A DNA stretch of 64,000 bases, from contig JBDOQK010000028.1 in the NCBI GenBank assembly GCA_040437565.1, positions 310,001 to 374,000 of the forward strand, read 5' to 3'. Positions 1 to 12,578 of this stretch are shown here, piece by piece. The position numbers were made by a program, and so were the translations under genes. Position 1 is the stretch's first letter; every line of letters begins with the position of its first letter. The notes below the pieces were generated by a model that made no database searches, was not told where the DNA came from, and worked only from the letters and a program-made list of their open reading frames with translations. This stretch comes from Albugo candida (taxonomy: Eukaryota).

Positions 1-101
1 ANNNNNNNNNNNNNNNNNNNNNNNNNNNNNNNNNNNNNNNNNNNNNNNNNNNNNNNNNNNNNNNNNNNNNNNNNNNNNNNNNNNNNNNNNNNNNNNNNNN
101 N

Positions 102-430
102 AGACTCGATATGTCCTGCCGACGTCCCCATGTATCCGTGCGCGAAGGTTATGTTTGGGACAGCTTTTGAGACTGCTCAAAGCGCCGAGGTTGTACATCA
201 GCGAATCGAAGCTGCTTTGCGAAGCTTGGCGAAAGAAGGATGGTCGGCTACCTTTGTCTGTAAAAAAGACTGCTTCAAGAGCAAAGTCATGCTCGAAACA
301 GAAAACGTGGAGTGCTGTGTTCGTGTGTATGCGCACCCTCATGTACGTGACTGCATTGTTTGACGCCCGAGCTTTTGACGTAAACTGAAATATGATAGAC
401 TGCTGGTCATAGCGTTGCGGAATGTCGACG
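102..430 (+). pseudogene. Fragment resembling a kinase-associated (KA1-like) C-terminal domain of a CAMK/CHK1-type kinase
   Basis: ORF 130-363 has a KA1-like pattern (TAFET..AEVVHQRIEAALRSL...FKSKV...CVRVY...CIV) and breaks at a stop or frameshift near 361. The 5' part is lost in the gap. Pattern recognition only. Confidence 0.3.
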
Positions 431-1275
431 AATACGTGGTAGCTGTGCACCATTCTTGCGATTCTACCAGGCTTTGAGCGATCATTTAGCAGACTTGATG
501 TGGACTCCTGTCACAATGAATAGTATGGAAGAATGATATGTATGGCTCCAGAAACATCGGTAATACGTCTTTTTATTCTGTAATGGAGAGTTCTCTCGTT
601 CATAATTGGTCGAGAAGTACCGCGCAGTTTGGTATGCTGACCCGTGATTTATCTTCATACCTGTGTTTCCCACTTGCAGGATGCCTTTCTTCAGTGCACG
701 CTATCCAGGCAAATCTGTTGTGTTTTCATTGTTCCAGATTATGATACATGAATAATACAACGATTCTTTGTACTTACTAGTAATTTACACGATAGCATAC
801 GAGGATACGCTTTAGTATGCCTGTCCGGAAACTTGCGTCATATAAAGTCAAGTCATACTTGATTGATTTCAACCAAACGTAATACCGCCGCAAATGCTTC
901 ACCCTTCGATGCCAGTACATGTGGACCTTAGTCGGTCCCTTGCATCAAGGGTTTCGGCAGAAATAAGCACTTAAATGGTCATCCCTTCTTATCATACTTC
1001 TGAAATATATTCTTCTTTCAACCTTGAAAGACACAGCAAAGTTTGCATCTATTAGTGGAAGACTTACTATATTGGATAATTCCCGGTATGCAAATGTGGT
1101 TTACACGATTTCTGCTCGGTGATAGTTGTATAAAAACGTTTCACCACACGGAACTGCGGAAACTTATTCTAGGCATGCTAATCGACTTGTTGTTCGTACC
1201 GCATCGATCCCTCGAAGAATTCAATTACGATCACCAATCGACAACTCCGATGTATCTTAAAAGAGGACAGTATTC

Positions 1276-2205
1276 CCTACATGTCAACGCCATCAACGGG
1301 ACAAGATCGATCCGCTGATGAGTTCATGAGACACTTAGGGACGGAACTCCTTCCAGCCTGAAATTTTGAATGCATGTAACCAACACAGATATCTTGGATA
1401 TAAGCTAAATTGTGTGAGATTGTCGGGAATAGGTACCATTTATATTTTTTATCCCATCGTTATACTCATATGGTGCAAGCCAAACATGCACACTTGGATT
1501 CGCCGCCGTTATGATGCTGTTGGAGCCTACGAAACGACACCCCAACGCTAAGAAACGATTGTATGCGCTATATCTGCCTGACAAACTGATGATATGGAAG
1601 TAACGTCAGCGGATAGTGTCCCTTAAGGCTGTACTTTATCTGGAAGTGATTGCTGCAACGCAGATCACGGTACTGATGTGTGTGTACATTNNNNNNNNNN
1701 NNNNNNNNNNNNNNNNNNNNNNNNNNNNNNNNNNNNNNNNNNNNNNNNNNNNNNNNNNNNNNNNNNNNNNNNNNNNNNNNNNNNNNNNNNCCTACATGTC
1801 AACGCCATCAACGGGACAAGATCGATCCGCTGATGAGTTCATGAGACACTTAGGGACGGAACTCCTTCCAGCCTGAAATTTTGAATGCATGTAACCAACA
1901 CAGATATCTTGGATATAAGCTAAATTGTGTGAGATTGTCGGGAATAGGTACCATTTATATTTTTTATCCCATCGTTATACTCATATGGTGCAAGCCAAAC
2001 ATGCACACTTGGATTCGCCGCCGTTATGATGCTGTTGGAGCCTACGAAACGACACCCCAACGCTAAGAAACGATTGTATGCGCTATATCTGCCTGACAAA
2101 CTGATGATATGGAAGTAACGTCAGCGGATAGTGTCCCTTAAGGCTGTACTTTATCTGGAAGTGATTGCTGCAACGCAGATCACGGTACTGATGTGTGTGT
2201 ACATT
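1276..2205. repeat. 415-bp direct duplication flanking a 100-N gap (assembly overlap)
   Basis: 1276-1690 is repeated at 1791-2205; ORFs 1366 and 1881 are identical. Confidence 0.9.
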
Positions 2206-2294
2206 CTATACGACAACAGAGCATATGATCGGCGTTGCTATGGCAGTGCTAGGATCAATTTAACGGATTTAGCTGCCAAAACTACGGGATCAAT

Positions 2295-4446
2295 CAGGAA
2301 AGCAATCTTTGTTTTGGGTGAGCAGACTTGTTGAGCATCTCCTAGTGAAGCTTGGACGCAGTCTGAAATTCTATTCCTTCACGACATATTTCAACTCTCA
2401 GTAGTCAGTCGATCTTGTGTGTGTAGCGACATCCCATACTCAGCAAAGTATATCAGAATCGGCTCTATGGTCGACATCCCGCCTACTTCTAGCCACTTTG
2501 TATATCTGAGCCAATCTTCGATCGATAAAGGATAGCCGTCTTAGTATCACACCGTGATGGGTACGCCTCACAATGAGCTCCGAGTACTTGCGCGCGACTT
2601 AAACAGGTACAACAGCTGGACGGCGTCAACAGCAGCGTTGGTGTCCTTGAACCGGCCATGGTTTTTGTTGACTCGGGCCATCTCCGGTTATGTGACAGGA
2701 TAGCTCATTACATGAGCGCGATGCATGCAGTACTGTACAGCGCACTCTTTCTACACAGATGACTTCATATCGTTTGACGAGCATGAAACTGGTGGGAAAA
2801 ATTAACTTCACATCTCGCGCGTGTTTTCCATCCCGCACACATCCAATTGAGGCAAAGTAGGAAAATGTCAAGGGAAAGTAGAATGATAGTGTCAAGCGGA
2901 TGTGCTGGTCATAACCGCCTTTGGGGAGAATACATTTGCAAGATCGAGTTGATTCTTTACAACGACATAGAAAAATTCTCACCGTAAATTGTATTTCTGG
3001 CGACCAAGTTTCTACAACGTAAATGGTGTTTGTGGTAGTTTACAAGGTAAGAAATACTTTGCGCTGCGCGTTCAGTATGAATCATTGGGGCCCATTAGGC
3101 TATGCGCTACAATAAAGTGTCGCAACCCTCATCATATACTGGCGATCAGCACTGTAATGCAGACGCTTTGCTCTTCTGTAACAAATGTTTTTTTGGATGC
3201 GCACATGACTAGACTGAAGATGGCTCTAACTAGAATTCACGTTAGAATCAGGTAGGCCTTGTTTCCATTATTTCTTCTCGTAAATCTGCTACTGAGATGT
3301 CGCAAGAAGGCTACTGCACTNNNNNNNNNNNNNNNNNNNNNNNNNNNNNNNNNNNNNNNNNNNNNNNNNNNNNNNNNNNNNNNNNNNNNNNNNNNNNNNN
3401 NNNNNNNNNNNNNNNNNNNNCAGGAAAGCAATCTTTGTTTTGGGTGAGCAGACTTGTTGAGCATCTCCTAGTGAAGCTTGGACGCAGTCTGAAATTCTAT
3501 TCCTTCACGACATATTTCAACTCTCAGTAGTCAGTCGATCTTGTGTGTGTAGCGACATCCCATACTCAGCAAAGTATATCAGAATCGGCTCTATGGTCGA
3601 CATCCCGCCTACTTCTAGCCACTTTGTATATCTGAGCCAATCTTCGATCGATAAAGGATAGCCGTCTTAGTATCACACCGTGATGGGTACGCCTCACAAT
3701 GAGCTCCGAGTACTTGCGCGCGACTTAAACAGGTACAACAGCTGGACGGCGTCAACAGCAGCGTTGGTGTCCTTGAACCGGCCATGGTTTTTGTTGACTC
3801 GGGCCATCTCCGGTTATGTGACAGGATAGCTCATTACATGAGCGCGATGCATGCAGTACTGTACAGCGCACTCTTTCTACACAGATGACTTCATATCGTT
3901 TGACGAGCATGAAACTGGTGGGAAAAATTAACTTCACATCTCGCGCGTGTTTTCCATCCCGCACACATCCAATTGAGGCAAAGTAGGAAAATGTCAAGGG
4001 AAAGTAGAATGATAGTGTCAAGCGGATGTGCTGGTCATAACCGCCTTTGGGGAGAATACATTTGCAAGATCGAGTTGATTCTTTACAACGACATAGAAAA
4101 ATTCTCACCGTAAATTGTATTTCTGGCGACCAAGTTTCTACAACGTAAATGGTGTTTGTGGTAGTTTACAAGGTAAGAAATACTTTGCGCTGCGCGTTCA
4201 GTATGAATCATTGGGGCCCATTAGGCTATGCGCTACAATAAAGTGTCGCAACCCTCATCATATACTGGCGATCAGCACTGTAATGCAGACGCTTTGCTCT
4301 TCTGTAACAAATGTTTTTTTGGATGCGCACATGACTAGACTGAAGATGGCTCTAACTAGAATTCACGTTAGAATCAGGTAGGCCTTGTTTCCATTATTTC
4401 TTCTCGTAAATCTGCTACTGAGATGTCGCAAGAAGGCTACTGCACT
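2295..4446. repeat. ~1.03-kb direct duplication flanking a 100-N gap (assembly overlap)
   Basis: 2295-3320 is repeated at 3421-4446; ORFs 2626/3752 and 2989/4115 are identical. Confidence 0.9.
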
Positions 4447-6182
4447 ATTATAAGAATGAAGTTCAAGCGTGGTTGCAGATCAGCGAGAAGTACACGCAAA
4501 TGCTCATTGCCTAGAAGTAGATAAAATGGTACTGCTGAACGCTAACGAAATCGCGTTGACGTATTTTGTACAGCTCTGTAGGAACGATTGGGTACAAAAC
4601 TGATGCATATCTTTAGTTGCAAATCATGAAAATGCCCGATTTGCCTATGCTTTTGTATGAGCACTCGATCATGGCCCCATTCAAAAAATCACGCTGCTGA
4701 CATCCCGCACTTTATGTGCCGTTCTGGTTTGGCCGCGTTTATGTGAAGAAAGCCTCGGGTATATGAAGTTTGTGTCAATTATTACTTGGCGAACGGAGAA
4801 AGTCAAAACCTTTCGCATGTTTAGAAGCGTCGAAACGGTACCATTTACAGGGTGCGAGGGGCCACGGATGAGATATACAAATACAAGAAAGGTATAGAAT
4901 CCCCTAGGATACTACCATGCTAAGTTATATAGCTTTACGAAGCTAAAGTATCAAGGCTGATTTGCGTGTTGTTTTCGTGAGAATGCATTTAATTTGACGG
5001 GCTTGATTCAGAGTGTGGGACAGCAAGGAATTGGAGAACAGCTGGTCAATTTTAATATTGTGTAGAGAGCTTTTATAATTTGAGAGAATGTCAAATATCA
5101 TACATGGGACGATTCTGATTTCAACGACGCTTCTAACTTGCTTAAGACACTCATTGTGTTTTCAAGAAAGTTCTACACCAACCTAAGCTTACATTCTGTG
5201 AGCATAATAAACGTAAACGCCTTTTCTGAAATAATCAGCAGAATAGTTGAGGTGAGAGAGAAGCATTGTTCTTGTCGCTCGTTTTGCTTATGGATAGTTG
5301 ATGACGACAGAAAAAAATAATGCGCCGTTGTAGCCCATCTACGTGGTACAGCTGCAGCCGGCGGACGCGGCTCAATTGTTCCCCAGAAACACAGGGGAAT
5401 TCGTAGTTGAAACGGCTCCACTTCTTACGGTACCCTTTTGATGAATTTATGTTTTGCAATCCTTCCTTTTGGAAGAGTACGCAGTGTGACAGGCTTGGAA
5501 GGGAACAGTTTCTATAAATTTATGCTGATTCGCTGAGAGTTCCGATAGTATGTCTTTTACAGTCGTCTAGGATCAGCAGAAGACGGTACCGCTGGTACAG
5601 ACTCTTTATCCTATGAAAGCCTTCATCCGAAGTCGATTTGCTACAATATATCTAGCTTTATTGAACCACTGATTGGGACATGAATGGTTTCGGTAGCGAT
5701 GCTAAAGTTGCCGATGTTGCTAGTCTAATGAAGCTATTCTCTGATATCAAATGCATGTCCATGTTTCGGATCGAGCCCCAAGGCGACCATTGTCGGAAAG
5801 CGTGGATGCTTTGTTAGTATCCACTGTCAAAAAATGTTCACATATCAGTACCATGTAAGAAAGGAGGTCAAATGTTGGCAATTTGGTGTCTCAAGAGTAA
5901 GCTGTATGATGAATCTTGTCAAGGTTTGATATTTTGCCAAGTGCTCATGCTTGCTTGTGATCACTGCAAGGGTATATTCACCACCATGACTAGTCGTTCA
6001 AGTTCATTGTAATCAATGTAGTCGATGAATAAAAATAGTGATGCCGTGCTATGTTTTCATCTTTTGATCCTGATTCTCATAGGGACTGCTGACCAAATGT
6101 GTATGTGGCTTCAAGCTCCACGCAATCAGTCGCCGTTTTCCGAAAGCCACCAGAATGAGACCACCAAACAAATGGATCCTAA

Positions 6183-6258
6183 CGCTGAGTTAACGCCAAT
6201 TGTACCATTGGATGCACTAGCGCTGAGTTAACGCCAACTGTACCATTGGATGCACTAG
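6183..6258. repeat. 38-bp tandem duplication
   Basis: cgctgagttaacgccaa(t/c)tgtaccattggatgcactag occurs twice (6183-6220, 6221-6258) with one mismatch. Confidence 0.9.
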
Positions 6259-7061
6259 CTCTGAAGCACTAAGTATCATTCGTCATTGAAAAAGTGTGGG
6301 GGGTGGTCTCCTGCCAAAACACATAATTATGGCTGTGCTTGTGCCGAGTGGGGAACGTTAATCCTCTCTTAGCTCTTTTTTTTACGATGAAAATTTCTAT
6401 ACTTTGGGTGCAGCAGAGAGGATGATAAAGTTGGATTCGTGCCAGACATTTCGCACATCATATTCGACCGTAAGCGTGGTCAAAAGCTTGAATTTCTGAT
6501 GAAGCTGCTGGAGTTTCAGTGTCTCTCAATATGAAGATTTGTGGCCGCGTTTCTATCTACTTACATCAATTGTTGAATAAGATCTAATCTCATTGCATAG
6601 CTCAAAGGCTGTCCGTGTCGATGAACATGGTGAGAAGAAGTACAACTGAGTACTTATTCTATATAAAACCACGTGATAGATACGCAGCAAGGGATTGTTT
6701 ATTGATTTTTCAAGAGCCGGTAAAAAGCGACAAAATAAGTCCAGTCACAAACTATTACCAAACCGCAAAAAAAAATACCAGAAACGGATGAGATGGTGGA
6801 ATGCTACAATTTCTTGTAGGGATATCCGAACCATGAACCAGTCAAAGAGTTCAAAATCAACTCCTCAGTATGAAATACTACATTTCTATTCCATATATGG
6901 AAAGAAACGGTCGCCAAAAATTGACTCAAATCACTGAATGAATTATCACGCTTGAGTCGTTTTGGACATCATCAAATTTACTATAGACATTTAAGACATT
7001 TTAGACATTCAATGACCCTGAATTTCCTTTTAAACTTACACGGAATTATTCATTCAGCTAT

Positions 7062-7137
7062 TATCATCAACTCGAAGTCGGACATTCATTCTTTGTTATT
7101 ATCAACTCGAAGTCGTATTTCATTCTTTGTTATCAAT
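7062..7137. repeat. ~35-bp tandem repeat, about 2 copies
   Basis: ttat(c/t)atcaactcgaagtcg...ttcattctttg occurs twice, plus a partial third copy. Confidence 0.75.
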
Positions 7138-7301
7138 TCTGCTCATTACTCCATTTAGATTGTGAATTATGTACACAAACAGCTTCGTATTGTTCAGATT
7201 ATAGCTACTACCGCTTCAAAACACCACAGATTCGAGTGTTTATAGAACCCAATCGCACGCATGTATTTCGTCTCCGCATGTACTATGTTTTCATGCGCCT
7301 T

Positions 7302-10300
7302 CTACACTCCATAACTTCTCTGATATGAGTTTTGTTGGCCAGGAACGTATGGTGGCGGTGTGACTCCTTCCTGAGCTGATATCGCGTACGTCTCACTCAC
7401 CGCCAGCAAAGAATCATTGTACAGGCCCATAGTGGTCTCCAAATCCTCCAGTGATTGCATCGCGCGGGGAATCAAATCGAGATTAGCAAAAGGATTGTCC
7501 AAATTGGCCGAAATCTGCAGACGAGGAAGAAGCTGCACGCATATCTTCAACATGCGCTGAACATCCGGATCGCGCCGTAGATCCCCACGAGCGTTCCGTA
7601 TTGAGTTATTGAGTATTGTGACAGCTTGTTCAGTTTGCATGAGCTCGTCCTCATCCAAAGGTGTTGGTAGTTCTGTTGGAAGACGAGCTTGTTCCCGTGC
7701 TGCAAGCGCTTCTGCGCCTTCCGCGTTCGCATTGACNNNNNNNNNNNNNNNNNNNNNNNNNNNNNNNNNNNNNNNNNNNNNNNNNNNNNNNNNNNNNNNN
7801 NNNNNNNNNNNNNNNNNNNNNNNNNNNNNNNNNNNNCGTAGATCCCCACGAGCGTTCCGTATTGAGTTATTGAGTATTGTGACAGCTTGTTCAGTTTGCA
7901 TGAGCTCGTCCTCATCCAAAGGTGTTGGTAGTTCTGTTGGAAGACGAGCTTGTTCCCGTGCTGCAAGCGCTTCTGCGCCTTCCGCGTTCGCATTGACTGA
8001 GCGAGGAGGATTGTCACTACTTGAGCCCTCTGATGCAAGATGACGTCGATACTGGTTCACTTGGCGCGACAAATTCAAAAATCGATCTAGTTCAGGCACA
8101 TTCAGAGTGCCAGGAAGTCGAGCACAAATGTCGAGAACTTGTCCTAAATACGTCTCCAATAATTTCTTCCGTTCTTCGACGACCTCACTCGAATTGCCTG
8201 ATCTTCCTTTGAGCAATCCCAATCGATGTTTTCGTGGAAATATCGGCAACGTTGCAACAGTCAGCGGAATTTTCTGCTTCAGATCCTTGTGAAGACGCTC
8301 GAATACACTGAAGCGATGTGATACCAGCCAGGCTGTCGGTTCTTCGACGTCTTTTGGATGCCATTGACAGCGAAGTACATACACGGTATACTCCACATAA
8401 TTCTCATCTTGCAAGACATTGGTTGTGTGCATTTGACATTGAAAGTACCCATCATGAATCAGAATTCTCTGACCGTCCATTTTGAATGAACCAAGTGGAC
8501 CCGATACAGCGTTTTGTTGGCCAGACATTGAGCCTGAGCGATATCCGTAATATCCATGTTCGGCCGAGCCGGAGTCTTGGCTGGTGAGGAGAGAGCCACA
8601 TTCTTGACAGTGATTTCCATTTGCAGTATTGTTGGTTGCTCCACATGCCGGACAGCGAATTTGGATTCCATACACACCAGCAGAGTAAAGACGATTCAAT
8701 GATTCTTGTTGTTCCGGAGAGAGACCANNNNNNNNNNNNNNNNNNNNNNNNNNNNNNNNNNNNNNNNNNNNNNNNNNNNNNNNNNNNNNNNNNNNNNNNN
8801 NNNNNNNNNNNNNNNNNNNNNNNNNNNGGCTGGTGAGGAGAGAGCCACATTCTTGACAGTGATTTCCATTTGCAGTATTGTTGGTTGCTCCACATGCCGG
8901 ACAGCGAATTTGGATTCCATACACACCAGCAGAGTAAAGACGATTCAATGATTCTTGTTGTTCCGGAGAGAGACCACTTGCGGGTGTTTCCACAGGCTTT
9001 TCCAATAAAAATGGCACCAATTCGTCGTACTCTGTTTGCGCGATGGCTCCATCGAGTAACAGATCATTCAATTGCTGAAGTTGTTCTTTGTTTTCTTGAG
9101 ACAAATTGCTTGGAATATCGACAACTTGAACATCACCCTTGACTCCAGTTCTTGTGCTTACATGCGCCAGACCACCAAGCAAACTCGCACTTACACTCGC
9201 TGCACGTAAAAGTGCTTCCTCTTTGCGTTTCGCTGCCTGCTCTCTTTCTTTTTTTATTCGTAGGTCCAACTCTCGAGATTCATTAACTGCACGTAATTCA
9301 GCTTGCCTCTCTTGCTCAGCGGCAGCGGCAGCTTCAGCTGCGGCTTCTTCTGCTTCCCGGACTGCGGCAGTCGCAGCTTGAGCAAGTCGGACAGCCTCCT
9401 CTTCTGCTTTCTCGGCTTCTTCATCCATACGACGACGCTCATCTTCAGCCGCAGCACGAGCCAAGCTCTCGCGTCTTGCCATTTCTGCTGCCAAACGGGC
9501 TTCTTCTTCTCTTCGTTTTGCTTGCTCGGCTTGACGACGAGCTTCCTCAGCACGTGCAGCAGCTGCAGCTATCAACTCTTGTTTTTTCGTCTTGTATCGA
9601 CGCCTGGCACAATATCCACGGAACATCGCTTGGATAAGCAAAGTGGCATTCTTCTGTCGAGTAAATTGCCGACGAAGTGAGAACCCACGCCACCACTGTT
9701 GAATTCCTCTGACTGCATCGCGACGGAGCTGCATCTTGCGGAGTAATGCCTTAAAAAGATTCTGTGAAATGACCTTGGCCAGTCCAACACGCCAACGATG
9801 CCGGGCGAGCCATAACTTCATCCGCGCGACAATTTGTGGACCATCCACAGCCCAATTGATCTTCAAAATAGCATCCAGTAACGCGATTTTCCCAGCTTTG
9901 AAAAAGAGTTTTGTGATTCCAAGTTTATACGCATCCATTGGTACTTGGAAAGCCCACAAAATCGCAGTAATAAGTGTCGAATCTCGTTGATTGACAAACA
10001 ACCGCTGAGCATCCGGAGGCATGTAGCGTTTGTATGCACCAACGAGTTCAGCGTAGCCCACCCGTGTGGGTAGACCGACTTTGAGCACCTGAGCGGTCTG
10101 CATGATGCCCTGACAACGCAATTGACCCACGACATATCGTGGATCAAACATTCCAACACGCATAAGAGCATTCGGTTTGATACAGCGAATAAAGTTACAT
10201 CGGGTCGCATCAAGAGTATCTACCAATTCTTGCATTTGTTTCGAGAATTTCGCTGCCACGCTTCTCAAAATCTTTTTCTTCCCGGGGCGGGCACCGCTTT

Positions 10301-12203
10301 GAGCATCCACACCTTCAAAAAAGGTGACAACCAGGCGATTTGACGAGGCTACAAATAGATTTGCCATATCTTGTGGAATCGTATCGTTGTTCTTGTCAAT
10401 GAATGCTCCGACTGTATAACTTACACAGCCAGCAAAATGACGAACGATGAACATTTGCTGCATGTCTTTGGGATGCGGACGAGGAAAGTACGAATTCTTT
10501 CCATGATGCCGATGTAATGCCGATAAAAACTTTTCATCACTGGGCTTTGGATTCATTGCTTCCGCGTCGAGCAAAGCCAAAATTCCATTCGGTTTTGAAG
10601 CGATCAGCTCCACACATTCACGATTATCCGGCCAGGTTATCTTTCCGACGGTGATCCCTTCTCGTTTATAGAGTTCCATTTCGGAGATAAAGACTTGATT
10701 ATTGAACGTTGCTTGTAAAACCTCATTGGTATAGTTGATCAAAAGCTGTTCAAAGTCGTTGCGCTGAAATGACTCAAAACCGAAAATATCTAATACTCCA
10801 ATGTACGGCAACGGAGCTGGGTCTTGGCCGAGTGATGTATTGACTTGTTGTATAATCCAGTCGAATAAGCGACCATACAGCGCTTTGGCAATTGCATCAC
10901 GTGCGTAAACAGCATTTTGCGCGTTTCGACGGACCGTGAATGTTTCGTCACGGGTCACAATTTCACGTTCCATAATGACTCTAGAGAGTGCGTCTTCACC
11001 AACTCCCAATACTTTGGCGGTCATCGCTAGAGCATTCCTTGCAGCAGGTTTCTCCACTATAGCAGCTTCCCCTTCTGGTGTGTCTTCTTCATCAAAATCG
11101 ATATTTCCCATGTGGAGTAATCCAGCAATAATCGCAAAAATGATCTTTTGAGTTTCCTGCGATATATCAACGCATGTTAGCCCACGTACAACGTCTTGGA
11201 AGCTCGCAGCATCATCCGTATCCTCAGCGACAAAGCAATTTGATCGATTGAGATAACGAAAGTCTTCTGGTCGGGTGAGTTGATAAGCATTTTTGATAGC
11301 TGCATCTGCACCGGACAGAAGTTGATAAAATATGTGAAAGTTTCGTTCTCCATCCACTTGGTACACAAGTCTCGATTTTTCCAACAAATATGTTTCCACA
11401 AACGCCCCAGCAAGTTTAAATTCCCCATTAGATGAAAATTGAAGCTTCATAAACTTGCCAAATCGACTTGAATTGTGATTACGCAAAGTTTTTGCGTTCC
11501 CGAAAGCCTCTAAAATTGGATTTTGCTCAATCAGTCGATGGTCCAAACTACTTCCATGTTGACTACGATCTTTCATCGAAGCTTCAATGTCTTGTCCTCT
11601 AGCTTTTTTGCCGTAAATTCCTCGTATCGTGAGATGCTTGAGCACAATTTTTGACGATTCTGTTTTGCCTGCTCCAGATTCTCCACTAATGACTACCGAT
11701 TGATTTGTTGGTTGATCTGATCCAGCGTTATAGACCATCTGTTGATACGCCATTTCGGCAACAGAGAACGGATGAGGCGAGGTTCCAGTACTATTGATTA
11801 TATCACTGATCTTGGGATTTGAGAGGTCACGAAGAGGATTCACCGCAATCAGTACGTTGGCCATGAAGGTGTATGGTTTCTGATCTTTTCCGTCAGTTCC
11901 ACTCAATTTGGATCGTTCTGCCAAATTGTGTAACACTCCAGCCTCATGAATATGGTACAGAGCTGTCATATCATCAGACACTCGGGGATTCATTGGAAGA
12001 GCAAGACCACGATCCACTTGTTGCACCTTCCCGGCTTGCGTACGAACTGTGACTTTCAGGCCACCGATCGCCATAACAGTTGCTTTATCCCATACTTGCT
12101 CTGTTCCTGGAATCCAAACCACATCACTGATTTCCACCGGTAAGATTTCGCTTTGAACGTCTTTTGCGAAAGCTTGGCTTTGGATGGGCGGAGGAGTCGC
12201 CAT
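7302..12203 (-). CDS. Unconventional myosin: motor, IQ motifs, charged helix/coiled coil, zinc ribbon, PX domain, helical (GAT-like) C-terminus
   Basis: P-loop GESGAGKT (11661-11684), NSSRFGKF, DIFGFE, FIRCIKPN. IQ motifs IQQWWRG and IQAMFRG. E/R/A-rich helix, CPAC..CQEC, PX-type pattern (YTVY..HRFSVFERLH..P.FP.K..EERKKLLETYL). Single ORF. Gap-plus-overlap segments of 261 and 249 nt inflate it, so the real length is about 1463 aa. Confidence 0.95.
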   Translation of the reverse strand: MATPPPIQSQAFAKDVQSEILPVEISDVVWIPGTEQVWDKATVMAIGGLKVTVRTQAGKVQQVDRGLALPMNPRVSDDMTALYHIHEAGVLHNLAERSKLSGTDGKDQKPYTFMANVLIAVNPLRDLSNPKISDIINSTGTSPHPFSVAEMAYQQMVYNAGSDQPTNQSVVISGESGAGKTESSKIVLKHLTIRGIYGKKARGQDIEASMKDRSQHGSSLDHRLIEQNPILEAFGNAKTLRNHNSSRFGKFMKLQFSSNGEFKLAGAFVETYLLEKSRLVYQVDGERNFHIFYQLLSGADAAIKNAYQLTRPEDFRYLNRSNCFVAEDTDDAASFQDVVRGLTCVDISQETQKIIFAIIAGLLHMGNIDFDEEDTPEGEAAIVEKPAARNALAMTAKVLGVGEDALSRVIMEREIVTRDETFTVRRNAQNAVYARDAIAKALYGRLFDWIIQQVNTSLGQDPAPLPYIGVLDIFGFESFQRNDFEQLLINYTNEVLQATFNNQVFISEMELYKREGITVGKITWPDNRECVELIASKPNGILALLDAEAMNPKPSDEKFLSALHRHHGKNSYFPRPHPKDMQQMFIVRHFAGCVSYTVGAFIDKNNDTIPQDMANLFVASSNRLVVTFFEGVDAQSGARPGKKKILRSVAAKFSKQMQELVDTLDATRCNFIRCIKPNALMRVGMFDPRYVVGQLRCQGIMQTAQVLKVGLPTRVGYAELVGAYKRYMPPDAQRLFVNQRDSTLITAILWAFQVPMDAYKLGITKLFFKAGKIALLDAILKINWAVDGPQIVARMKLWLARHRWRVGLAKVISQNLFKALLRKMQLRRDAVRGIQQWWRGFSLRRQFTRQKNATLLIQAMFRGYCARRRYKTKKQELIAAAAARAEEARRQAEQAKRREEEARLAAEMARRESLARAAAEDERRRMDEEAEKAEEEAVRLAQAATAAVREAEEAAAEAAAAAEQERQAELRAVNESRELDLRIKKEREQAAKRKEEALLRAASVSASLLGGLAHVSTRTGVKGDVQVVDIPSNLSQENKEQLQQLNDLLLDGAIAQTEYDELVPFLLEKPVETPASGLSPEQQESLNRLYSAGVYGIQIRCPACGATNNTANGNHCQECGSLLTSXXXXXXXXXXXXXXXXXXXXXXXXXXXXXXXXXXGLSPEQQESLNRLYSAGVYGIQIRCPACGATNNTANGNHCQECGSLLTSQDSGSAEHGYYGYRSGSMSGQQNAVSGPLGSFKMDGQRILIHDGYFQCQMHTTNVLQDENYVEYTVYVLRCQWHPKDVEEPTAWLVSHRFSVFERLHKDLKQKIPLTVATLPIFPRKHRLGLLKGRSGNSSEVVEERKKLLETYLGQVLDICARLPGTLNVPELDRFLNLSRQVNQYRRHLASEGSSSDNPPRSVNANAEGAEALAAREQARLPTELPTPLDEDELMQTEQAVTILNNSIRNARGDLXXXXXXXXXXXXXXXXXXXXXXXXXXXXXXXXXXVNANAEGAEALAAREQARLPTELPTPLDEDELMQTEQAVTILNNSIRNARGDLRRDPDVQRMLKICVQLLPRLQISANLDNPFANLDLIPRAMQSLEDLETTMGLYNDSLLAVSETYAISAQEGVTPPPYVPGQQNSYQRSYGV

Positions 12204-12578
12204 TCTGAGATTGGTATCTGCTGTACAAGTTTTGTAATCGATGCAAAATCAGTTGTGCTGATTGCACGCTCCGTCAGTGCGCTCTCTTTCAAATGTGAGT
12301 CTCTCTGCACTGTCGCCACCAACTGTCGACAACGTGTACGGTGACTCTATTTCAACGCGTACAGAGTTAAAAAAGAGTTTAAAAATGACAGAGGGGGAGA
12401 AATTCTCAAATGCGCATTGCTCAATTTTGCGATAGACTTGTTGAATCAGTTTGATTCGTGTAAAATTAGTATTTTGAACGGTTAGATTGGCTGTAAAAGA
12501 TGCATACGATCTTTACGGAGACGAGTTGTAAAAGCACTGGCACAAGAAACGACCGGTTTATTACTGGTTTCCTGTCAG

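Noticed and set aside
7576..8976. Apparent tandem duplication of the zinc ribbon and helical segment inside the myosin
   Set aside because: Each duplicate is an exact copy on either side of a 100-N gap (161 and 149 bp), i.e. an assembly overlap.
9139..11428. Antisense and alternate-frame ORFs over the myosin (likewise over VPS33, importin and the LINE)
   Set aside because: Shadow ORFs of long coding regions with no independent coding signal.
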